From Chrysomallon squamiferum (taxonomy: Eukaryota; Animalia; Mollusca), in the NCBI GenBank assembly GCA_012295275.1, contig CM022670.1, positions 3,348,001 through 3,412,000 on the forward strand: a stretch of DNA of 64,000 nucleotides. Direction: 5' to 3'. The notes under the pieces were generated by a model. That model made no database searches and was not told the DNA's origin. It worked only from the letters and a program-made list of their open reading frames with translations. This document shows, one piece after another, positions 30,645 through 42,445 of this stretch (position 1 is its first letter; each line of letters opens with the position of its first letter). The translations under genes and the position numbers were made by a program.

Positions 30645-33600
30645 ATGATGCTGTCAAAAAGTAGGTTTAAAAACATTTTAAATACGATTGTCGTTTCATT
30701 TATTGTTAACGTTTTCTTCTTTTTTTAATATCGGTTAAGTTTTCATTCAGCTCGCCATCATCATGATGATTATTATTATTATTATATTACACTGTGCAAA
30801 ATCTAAAAGAAAGTTCGTTTTACAGATATGTAAATATATATATATGTATATATTTCCGTGCATCTGTATAACGTGCATATTTGTTATGTTTATGTTTTTC
30901 CAGATTTTTAAATTTCTGTTTCCAAATATATTACGGGATCATTAACTTATCTTTGTTTGACATCCAGTAGCGACGGTTTTTTTGGGGTTTTTTTTAAAAT
31001 TTTGTGTGGTGGAATATCTTTAAACATTAATTCATTCATATCTATATGTATGTGTGTATGTGTGTTTGAGTGTGTGTGTGTGTCTGTGTGTATGTGTGTC
31101 TGTGTGTGTGTTAGTATTTATATATATATATATATAGAAAATGCACATATTCTTATTTTGAAATTTCAGTTATTTTCGCGTCATCTGGTTTCTTGATATT
31201 GTTCGTAGTAGCCAGACAGTTTGTCAGTGGTAAATATTTGATTTTATTCCATAACGTGTTGTTTTGATTCATATCAAAACTGACTTATACAAATACACAT
31301 TCATTAGTTTATGATTTTATATAAAACTTTATGCACTGAAATACGTTTGTCGACCTCCTTTACGCAGTTTAAGGTAGCGTTTGGAAACAACAGCATTAAA
31401 TTTGTTTTGTATTTTATGTTATAAAAATGTAATATTTCAAGAAACAGTCTCTGTCTTTTTGTTAGACACGCATACACGCACACACGGTACACACACTCAC
31501 ATATCGCATACAGATGCATTCAGCCATAACAAATAACTAAATTATGGCATAAAAAAAAAAAATGTAATTAAAAATAATATATATAATTTGCATTTTTTTT
31601 TCTTTGCGCGTGTTACGTATGTTATAATCTGTATTTTTTTTTTTTTTTTTTTTTTTTTTGCATTTTAGGATCTCCAGTTTCTCAGAAAAGACAGTGGAAA
31701 TTTAGAGGTCTCACTGACTTCATCAGTCACAAATTTCTTTCAGACAAATTTTCGCCCTTCGACAATTTTGGAAATTTCAAGAATATAGGTAAACAAAATT
31801 CTGGCGACCTTCTTCTATCGAACAACAACTATTACAATGACAAGACCTTCGTGGATAATAGCGCAGAAAGCATATTTAATAATGATGCCCCACATGCCAA
31901 ATCTGATCCTAGACTAGGGACATCCATGAAAGGGGTCTCATTTTATTTTATTTTATTAAAACATCTACCTAACTGTTTTCTACGTGATGACATTCATCCG
32001 ACAAAAAGTCAGAGTTCAGGGACAGATGGAGCTCTTTTTCAGACTGGAAACAATCCTTCTGAGGCCTGGAATAATCCTTCTCAGGCATTCGATAGTCTCT
32101 ATGAGACCCAGCAAATTCCATATGAACCTCGAAGAACACTATTTAAGGCCCGAAACAGACCATTTGAGGCACTAGACAATCCATATAACTTTCGAGAAAA
32201 TCCATTCGATGCACGAAATAATTATTTCGACACAGAACTGAATCCATTTGAGGGAGAAAACTATCGATTTGATTTTCAGGATATACCACTGGAAGCATAT
32301 GACAATCCATTTAAGGCAAACGACAGTCCATCTGAGTCAAGAGACAGTCCATTCAAGGCACTTGATAACCTGCTCGGAGCACAAGATAATAAATTAAGAA
32401 CAGACTTCACACCATTTGTGGATGAAGACGGTCATTTCGGCGAAGAATACATTCCTAGAGCAGACAGTCGTCCATTCTTAGAAGAAAATTATCCTGATGG
32501 AGACAATCGTCCATTTCTTGACGAAAACATTCCTGATGGAGACAATCGACAATTTCTTGAAGAAAACGATGCTACTTCAGACAATCGTCCATTTCTTGAA
32601 GAAAATGATGCTACTTCAGACAATCGTCCATTTCTTGACGAAAACATTCCTGATGGAGACAATGGTCCATTTCTTGAAGAAAACGATGCTACTTCAGACA
32701 ATCGACAATTTCTTGAAGAAAATGATGCTACTTCAGACAATCGTCCATTTCTTGAAGAAAATGATGCTACTTCAGACAATCGTCCATTCTTAGAAGAAAA
32801 TTATCCTGATGGAGACAATCGTCCATTTCTTGACGAAAACATTCCTGATGGAGACAATCGACAATTTCTTGAAGAAAACGATGCTACTTCAGACAATCGT
32901 CCATTTCTTGAAGAAAATGATGCTACTTCAGACAATCGTCCATTTCTTGACGAAAACATTCCTGATGGAGACAATGGTCCATTTCTTGAAGAAAACGATG
33001 CTACTTCAGACAATCGACAATTTCTTGAAGAAAATGATGCTACTTCAGACAATCGTCCATTTCTTGAAGAAAATGATGCTACTTCAGACAATCGTCCATT
33101 TCTTGAAGAAAATTATCCTGATGGAGACAATCGTCCATTTCTTGACGAAAACATTCCTGATGGAGACAATCGTCCATTTCTTGAAGAAAACGATGCTACT
33201 TCAGACAATCGTCCATTTCTTGACGAAAACATTCCTGATGGAGACAATCGTCCATTTCTTGAAGAAAATGATGCTACTTCAGACAATCGTCCATTTCTTG
33301 ACGAAAACATTCCTGATGGCGACAATCGTCCATTTCTTGACGAAAACATTCCTGATGGAGATAATCGACCATTTCTTGACGAAAATATTCCTGATGGAGA
33401 CAATCGTCCATTTCTTGACGAAAATATACCTGATGGAGACAATCGTCCATTTCTTGACGAAAATATTCTTGATGGAGACAATCGTCCATTTCTTGAAGAA
33501 AACGATGCTACTTCAGACAATCGTCCATTTCTTGACGAAAAAATTCATATTGCAGATAAACGTCCATTTGTGCAAGAAAACCTTCCATTTGAAAAAGAAA

Positions 33601-34493
33601 ATGTTATCCATGAAAACAACGACCTTTTCGATGAACAAAGCGATACTAACGGCAGTCCAACACAGGGACAAGAAAGCACACTCGTTAATAATCAACCAAA
33701 CTATGCAGAAGACTCATCGTTAGTAGATGGCAGTCTAGTGGACAGAATGTTAGGTTTTCAAAACAGTCCGATCTTGAAAGCAAATGATCCATTTAACGCC
33801 CAAGAAAATGCTTTGGCGGATCAAGCCAATTCAATCATCACAGACAATCAGGAAAATAACAATATTTTCAAAACGAACGGTATCCCTTTTACAGTACAAG
33901 ACAATGTTCTTACAGATAGTTCAGTAACAAATGAAATGACTCCACTGGAGAATTATGAAAGTTCGATAAGAAATGAAGATTCTTTTCTGAAAAGTGGAGA
34001 CAGATCCTTTAGAGATGACGATAGTTTAGTACAAAATGAGGAAAGGTCTTTTGAAAGAAATGATGGTACACAACTAACAAATGAAAACAGACAACTTTCA
34101 AATGAAGTTCCACCTCTAGAAAATGAAAATAATTCACTAACAAATGACAACATTGCTCTGAGAGAAGAAAATAATGAACCTGGAGATGATAACAATCAAA
34201 ACAAAGATGAACCAAGATTAAACAAAGAGAAAATTAATTCTGAGGTACATCAGATTAATACAGAAACTAAAAGCCGAGTCAAACTAATAGGTCTTGAAGA
34301 TTATGCAACAGCTGAAGGCAGAACACCTCCTGGTATTGGTCATGGACATAATTTACTGCCACATCGTCTGTTAAATAATCTTCAGAAAATTGGGTCACAT
34401 GCAATACCGTTCAGGGCCGAAAACAGATTCGGGGGCCGTTTAGATAACGACAGCTCCAAGCAACAAACTGTGACAGACATTGCGAAAGATTAA
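30645..34493 (+). CDS. Uncharacterised secreted, highly acidic (D/E/N-rich) tandem-repeat protein, 966 aa, 3 coding exons
   Basis: join(30645..30660,31170..31229,31669..34493) = 2901 nt. Two phase-1 GT-AG introns (AAAAA|GTAGGT..TTTCAG|, AGTG|GTAAAT..TTTTAG|) give the N-terminus MMLSKIIFASSGFLILFVVARQFVSG-SPVSQKR-QWKFRG..., in frame with the 880-aa ORF. The large exon is open for 2.8 kb in AT-rich DNA. AATAAA occurs at 34538 and 34611. Confidence 0.85.
32463..33554 (+). repeat. Coding 39-bp tandem repeat, 28 units (13 aa: DNRPFLEENDATS / DNRPFLDENIPDG / DNRPFLEENYPDG), with a 312-bp higher-order repeat
   Basis: 1092 bp = 28 x 39. Units 1-8 and 9-16 repeat the same order of variants, including the DNRQ and DNGP diagnostics. 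The identical 96-aa antisense ORFs in the track are offset by exactly 312. Confidence 0.97.
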
Positions 34494-34628
34494 AGAAATG
34501 AGAATATTGATAAATAGTCAAAATGATTTATCCGATAAATAAATCTTCAAAACATAGTTTTCCTAAATTAGAGACATAATTTTGTCGACAAGGTCCTGAG
34601 ATGAAATGTTAATAAAGTTTGTTATTGC

Positions 34629-34702
<74 letters not shown>

Positions 34703-34895
34703 TATTTCAGTTGGCCTTTTTTTCGGTAAAGTTGTACCGATTCTAATTTTAAGTAATGTCTGAATAAACTGATATTCAGAAATGTTTTATTTTATTTATA
34801 TGTAATATGAATTCCATGTCTAAAAAGAACATCGCTCATGGTCTATGAATATGCAATTATTTTTCTAATTTATCTTTAAGACCTCTCTCTCTCTA

Positions 34896-34926
<31 letters not shown>

Positions 34927-35912
34927 TTTTTGTAACGGTGCTGATTTTTCATCCCATCACAAAATGATAAACTAATCGGATTTGAGTATAAATTCTAATA
35001 TATGTCTGTAGCGCCTTCTGATTCTGGCCTTTCAGATATAGTGTCCATCAAAAAGATGATAAAAAGGTTAATTGTCAATAATGTTACACCCGTAGTTATC
35101 ACGGAAATACTGTATTCATGAAAACAAAATTAACAGTCAAACGTAGTACTGGCGCTGAACAAAATTATTATGGTTTATGATTTTTCACAAATATTAGACA
35201 ATGTATTGAATAATTAATGAGTAACATTAAATAACTGCACGTTTTCAAAATCAAAAGTTTGTAAAAATAGGACATTTACCTTGTTTATTTATTTGGTCAA
35301 ACAAACCTGAACGGGTGAAAATTTTATTCTTTATTTACACAACACTTGATCGTTTAATCGATCGGAACTATTTCTATAATAACCGCGACTCCATTTATCG
35401 GCTGTCAGGAGAATACAATGAAATGTATTATACAGAACACTGCCATAAACTAACAGGTAAACACACAGCAAACTACAGTGTGTCGCCATAAAAATAAGGT
35501 AATAATGTATTCTAAACAAAGACCTTATAGTTATTTATTTTTGTTATTACGTTTATATTTCGTTATTGTGGGATATATTGCTTGCTGAATTTACCAGGGA
35601 TCATTATTTTTTATGCCAGTGTTATATGCCAGTGTTAAAGGTATGGATTTATAACATATATTCGCTGTAGATACGTTTGGAAATTTGTTTTGTTGAGAGG
35701 TAAGTATATCTATCTTTTAAATGATAAATCAAATATCACTGTAGGAATACACACACCCAGACACCCACCAACTCACATCCACCCATCCTTACTTACATGC
35801 ATACATATATACATTAAAATAATTGTTTATTATTTTAGTTCTTGGTCATATTTTTGTTATTCTTTTCATTTTGTTATCAAAATGATAATCAGTTATTATT
35901 ATTATTATTAAT

Positions 35913-35995
<83 letters not shown>

Positions 35996-38212
35996 GACAC
36001 ACCCAATGAAGAATTTTTTCTTTTCTTTTTTTAAAAAGTCTTAAAGTGCTAGTGACATAGACATAGAAAGATTAAAACACAAGCCCCCCCCAAAAAAAAC
36101 CCACACCAAAACAACAACAACAACAACAACAACAAAAATAACAAAAATCAAAAAAAAATAAAAACATACAAAATGAATTCAATTTATATAGAGATATCAT
36201 CAAGTATATTTATAATATTTTGTTTCATAAAGCATCTCAAATATAATTATAATTATGGTGAAAATATATATATGAAAAAGTGTCGATTTATATTTTAAAT
36301 TACATTATATTTCGTTTTGAATTTTGACGATAATTAATTAAAAACTGAAACAATTAGGAGTTTAAAAAGTAAAAGTTTTGTTTATATGTATCATAACTGG
36401 CAGTGTTAATTTTCAAACTCTTGACCCTTTAATTGTTTGGACAGGAAGGAAAATTTATTTAATGAAGAATTATAAAATATCTAAACGCTATTATCTGGAA
36501 AATCTAATCACTTAATTTGCTATTAGTTTGAAAATGTCTTGCATTTTTATTATATTGATGGATTAATGCAATTTTTAATAAATTGAAGGGCTTTAGTTAT
36601 TTTGCACCTCTAAACTAATTAAAAAAAAATTTCCCATGTGTATTTTTAATATGGAATTCTAATTGCTATGATCGAAATTGTACGTAAGTGTAAAAAAAAT
36701 TCTGATACCGAAAAAACTTTCAAAAATAAATTTGTTCGTGTTCAGTCTGATGGCCTATTTAAAGTTTGTGACCTACATTATAAGTTACTTGGAGGAGGAA
36801 TAATGAGTAATAATGGATACAACAGTTACTTCCCCTGCAAACATGGCAACTTTCAAACAAATATTCAAAGGAACTTCAAAATAGAAAATAATATGGAAGA
36901 TCCTCCATTATCTAACAGATGGACTCTCTAGTAGCCACTGACATGTAGTAGGAAAGAAGGTAATACTGAATTATATACAAATTTAAAAAGAAAGAAAAAG
37001 ACGCTGATTAACATATCAATGTATTTAATGATTAATGTATTGAAAGGCCAAGCTCAAGTCAAGGTTTCATTCGATCGAACAGATAATTTCAAGGTTCGAG
37101 CGAAGTTGTCTGCTGAATAGAGTATTCAAATTATTTATCTTGTTATCAGACACGTTACAGCTGGCCTTCATTACTTTGCAAAATGAACAGCGAATTGATG
37201 AGTCGACATGATTAAAAAATCTCCCCTATCTAATCTCGGAATGCAATACAAAACAACGTTACTGAAAAATGAAAAATATTATATCATAACATTTGGCTTC
37301 AGTGAACATCACATCTGCTTAATCAGTTGATGTAGGTGTTTTGCTTTTTAATTTTTTAATTTAATTTTTTTTTTTTTTTTACTATGGAATACGATTTCCA
37401 CTATTTATGTCAATGGTCAACAAATATTTACATTTAAAATGATTTAGAATTAAGACAGCAAATTGTTTTTGTAATGTTTACGAATTTGTTTTTCTGGTTC
37501 AATGTCTCTGCCCATGGAAATTAAAATAAATGATATTGTAATAGAGATATAGCTATAGTTATTGTCATAGTAACACTAACATTAAAAGATAATTTGTTAT
37601 TTTAGCAGTAACAGTAACAATATTAGAAATAATAATAGGAATAAAGGTACAAATGTCAGTAATACTATTCTTTTTTTAAAAATAGCACTAGTAATGGTTT
37701 CTTGTTCTTTAGCATTAGAAGTAATAGAATTAGTAGTACCATTAACAATTACAATTAAAAATAGTAACAACAATGCTGATGGTAGCAGCTATGTAAAAAC
37801 AATATTGCTACTAGTGTTGAGAACATGAATACTAGTAATTGTAGTATGAGTAATTTTATTGCAGCATGTCTTGATAGTAACAGGAATGCTAGTAGTAGTA
37901 GTATATAATATATCACTGCTGCTGCTGTTGACAAAAGTATTTAGAACAATATAAATAATGTTATTATTGCTGCTGACAGGAATTGCATTAAAATAAATAA
38001 GGTTATATGTGTTTGTGATAGTAAAAGTAATAAGACTGCTAGTAATAGTACTAGTAATACTATCATCTCTGGTAATGTCGGTAGTAACAGTATTGTTTAA
38101 TGAATATCATTATCAATTAAAACAAAAATTATTTCCTTTTCATATGAAGTAATAATCAAGCGTATTTAATTATCAGAAATATTTTATCAGTGGACATTGG
38201 CCTAGCAGGAGA

Positions 38213-41200
38213 ATGAATGACACACAGCTGTTGCACAGGGGAGGCAGAGAGACATCTGAGGACAGCGATGTCCAACAAGAGGCTATGACATTTGGCAAAC
38301 TAGCCATGGTCAGCCGATCTGAGCAGAAATTCAAAAAAAGACTGAAAAAACTGAAGAAAGGGAAAGAACTACTGAAAAGAATGTCACGATTTGAACGGCG
38401 CTACTCTGAGCTTGCTTTGGAATCTAAACTAATCCCAGAGAGGAAGAGAATAGATTTTGTTCTTCTGTACCCAAATAAAAGCAGCAGTGAGGCAAAAGAT
38501 AAGAAGGAATCTGAAAAGTTGAAACTCCATGAAGAGTATCGAATCAGATATGAAGCGGTGTTAGAGAAGGAAGGTTTTTTTATACAGAAAGAAACGATTG
38601 GAGATTTGGTGTATGTGAAACTTCACTGTCCGTTCAAACGTCTGTGTGTTGAGGCAGAGAGAACTCATTTGGAGATGCCTCTTAAAGGTGTAAGTATTTT
38701 ATTTAATATATAGGAAAAGATAACACAGAGTTTGGCAGTATGAGATTCACTTGTATTTATCTATTTATTTAGTTATTGTTTATTATGAATTTTATTTATT
38801 TACTCTTTTGAACTTTCTTTCCTTATTTATTTATTTACTCTTTTATTTATTTATGACGGATAAAAAAATAATGTGAGAGACATTGCTTCATGTACAGAGG
38901 GAAATTACATCAAATGATACATTACAACCTTTTGATTTATTTCTAGCTGGATTACTCAGCTGATATCTGTATCTATATTTGTTTCTAATTATCTATTTGT
39001 TATTGTTATTTTCATTATTACTATTATAATTAGTACTGTCATCATCAATACATTAATAATAACAGTGAGAGTCATAATAATAACAACAACAACAACAACA
39101 ACATCTGTTATCTCTGAATGATCTTTACCAGATTTTTGTATAGCTATTCATTGTTTTTAACCTTTCATTAATGATATATGTATGGCCATCTAGCAAAAAT
39201 GTTTTGCACTTTGGTTAGATATAGAACATAAGTGATATAATAAAGTGAGGATTCTGTCAAAACTCACTGTATTCTGTACAAGGAAAGTAAAATTGTGATT
39301 ATTATGTTGATCACTGAAGGTACTATGGAGATTAAGTAATAAACATTTTCTTTTGTTTTTCAGGCTAAGATTGAAGAGGTCGAACTTAAAGGAATTTCAA
39401 AATTCATTGATGATCATTTTGAAACTGATGATGAATGTAATTATAAAAATTATTAAATTATAAATATGCAAATTTTAATTAAATTTCATTGCATTGCATT
39501 GAAACTTTTTTTTATTATTTAATTTTTTAATATATATGTGGAAAGTTTAAGAACAAAGTTATGAAAACAGTTGTTATAAAACATAATTTTTAAGTGTAAC
39601 CTATGGTAACATAAACAAGTAATCTAACACAGTTCTTTCTATGTCTGAGTCCTGATTCTTATGTACTATGTTTTGATATCTTTATTAATAATAAAAGGTT
39701 TGCAAAAAAATAGAAACAAAATCTAAAAATCCCCAAAAGACCCCCATGACAAAAATACAATAATAATAATAATAAAAATATGCACAAAAAACAATGTATC
39801 TTTGAAATATGCTAGATTATTTAGACAATTTCTTTTACAAAATCACCAAAAATACACTTTACTAATATAATTATGTATAATAATGTAATTTTAGTCATTA
39901 GATTTTTCTTTTTTCAGCTGATTTTGTTAGCGCTCAGTTTTTTATGGATCGGATTTCATTGTTTGAAAATTATGAAAATCCTACAGAATTCTTCCGACCT
40001 GCCATGAGGTCATTTCTTGTGAGTAAAATACTTTTAAAAATTTGACTTATACATAAAATCTACTTTAAATGAGCATGTGAAATTTGTCAGTATATAGTAT
40101 TTATCTAAGATTTATCAAATACCTTAAATTTTACTTTAAATAAAACCTATCTAAAGTTAAAGTAAAATTTTGGTAATATATATATGATTTTATATTAAAA
40201 GAAATATATCTAGAATGTATATAAAATTTTATATCAGATAAAATGTCATATTTAATAAAAAATATATCTAGAATGTATATAAAATTTTATATCAGATAAA
40301 ATGTCATATTTAATAAAAAATATATCTAAAATTTAATTAAATGTTATGTTATAAAACATTTATCGTACTTTTTAGATATATATTATTTAATGTTGTCAAT
40401 TTTTTATGTAAACTTAAATTATATGAAATAAAATGTTTATACAGGTATGCAAGATTTTATGAAATAGAATATCAAATCTTTTAAAATACAAGTTGTATCT
40501 AAAAGACTCATATTTTACACAAAGTACGTTAATTTTTATTTAAAAAATTATTTGTTTTCTTGTTTTTGTGATTGATATTTATTATTATTTATTTATTTAT
40601 TTATTTATGTATTTATTATTATTATTATTGTTACATATATATTTTAATAAAATAAATTGTTATCATTTTTATAAATCTAATACTTTTCACTTCTTTCTTA
40701 CTCTTTTATTTATTTTTCTACCCTCTCTTTAATGAATTTTTTTATCTAGTCACTTTTTGTATTTAATTATTTATTTATTGACTTCAGACCTATCATATAT
40801 TGATAAATCTTGACATCAGAACTGAGGAGGAGATAACCCAGGGTTCTGCTGATGATGATGACCAAGAAGAAATGTCTTGTTGGGAAAAATGTCTTTATCC
40901 TTGTTTTAACAGAGAAAATGAAGAAACCCCTGAACAGAGAAGAGAAAATAGAAAAGTTCTCAAGAAAAAAGGTGAGTTGAAGGTTAAAATTTGTTATTCA
41001 GTCATTTGTGGAGTTAAATATTTAATGTTTTAGTATATAATTGTCATTTTAGATGTTCTGTAAATGAAATTTGTTATTTATGGGATAATAATGCTAAATT
41101 ATAATATTGATAAGAAAATTAAATTAAAACTTTAAAAAAAGTATATAAATATATACTTTTTTTAAATTATTATTTATTTACTGAAAATTTAAACTTGAAA

Positions 41201-41900
41201 AATAATATACATTCATTATTTAATGAAATCTTCTGTTTTTTTATATTGTATAAAAAGTTTGATATTGTTTTAAAAATTAAGTATTTATTTACTGAATATT
41301 TGGAAAAATAATAGATATATACATAATTGATGCTCATTATTTAATTACACAAATTTAACACTAAAAAAACCAGCAACAACAACAACAACAAAAAAAAAAA
41401 AAAAAAATAAACTCATAAAAAACCACAAAACAAAAAGAATTACAAATAGAAACTTATTGAAAATTAAAAATAGAAACAAAATTAAAAGTATTTAAGATAG
41501 AAATAAAAAGAAAAGTAAACAAAATAGTAAAAACAGAATAGAATAAAATAAAATTATAATTAAGAAAAAAGAGAATAAAAATAAGAAAGAATTAAAAGAA
41601 AAATCATTTCAGTTAATATTATTTATTGGCCATTAATTTTAATTTTAATTTATTTATTGATAATTTAAAAAAAAAAAAAAAATTAAAAATTAATAAAGAA
41701 ATAGAAAATAAAAACATTAAAATTTAAAATATTCATTACTTAATTCTTCAAAAATTAAAAAGTTTTTTTCCCAAGGAACATTTAGAAATATTTTATAAAA
41801 AAATTCATAATTAAAAACAAAACAATATTTGATTTATTAAATATTTAAAAATTTAATAAATATTTATTTCCTCAAATATGAAAAATATTTTTAATACATG

Positions 41901-41948
<48 letters not shown>

Positions 41949-42403
41949 AAATTTAACAAATTTATGGATAAAATCATTAATTATTTATTTACTAAAAATA
42001 TTAGTTTAAAAGAAAGAAAGAAAAATATTGATAATTTAAAAAATAAAATAAAATAAATAATTAAAAAAATAAACAAAATGAAAAAATTGAAAGTAAACTA
42101 TTCATTATTTATTTCCTCAAAAATGAAAAACATAAAACTGCAGTGGTCTCCCCAGCATTTGTGAAAGGGAATCAGCATAACTGGTGGAAGTTAAATGAAG
42201 GGTTGGTACAGAAAATGTTCAGGGTTCAAGTACTTTGAACAATGTTGAAATTACTTGTTTGTCAAAAATACTCCTATAAATAATTGCATCAAATGCATTA
42301 AAAAAATTATTAACAAGTTTATTTTATTTGCAATTAAATAAAATCAAAGTATCTGTTGCCAGTGAGTTTTGTCTGGTTGTTCTGTGAATTATATTCTTTA
42401 CAA

Positions 42404-42445
<42 letters not shown>

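Noticed and set aside
32196-32315. NPF tripeptides suggesting an EH-domain ligand
   Set aside because: The protein appears to carry a signal peptide, so it would not meet cytosolic EH domains. NPF here is one variant of the heptad consensus.
32463-33554. Resemblance to a CRISPR array or a neuropeptide precursor
   Set aside because: There are no unique spacers and the context is eukaryotic coding sequence. The single Arg in each unit is almost always followed by Pro, with no dibasic or amidation sites, so repeated peptide release is unlikely.
32497-33723. Long alternative-frame ORFs (METIVHFLTKTFL repeats, 304 aa) and antisense ORFs over the 39-bp array
   Set aside because: They are a by-product of a stop-free repeat unit. 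They end near the array edges, are broken by synonymous TTA variants of the main frame, and have no independent start or splice support.
36668-36959. 87-aa ORF or possible upstream coding exon of the anoctamin
   Set aside because: Splicing the 36959 donor to 38191 puts a TAG (36949-36951) in frame, so it can only be 5' UTR if used. The ORF has no recognisable similarity.
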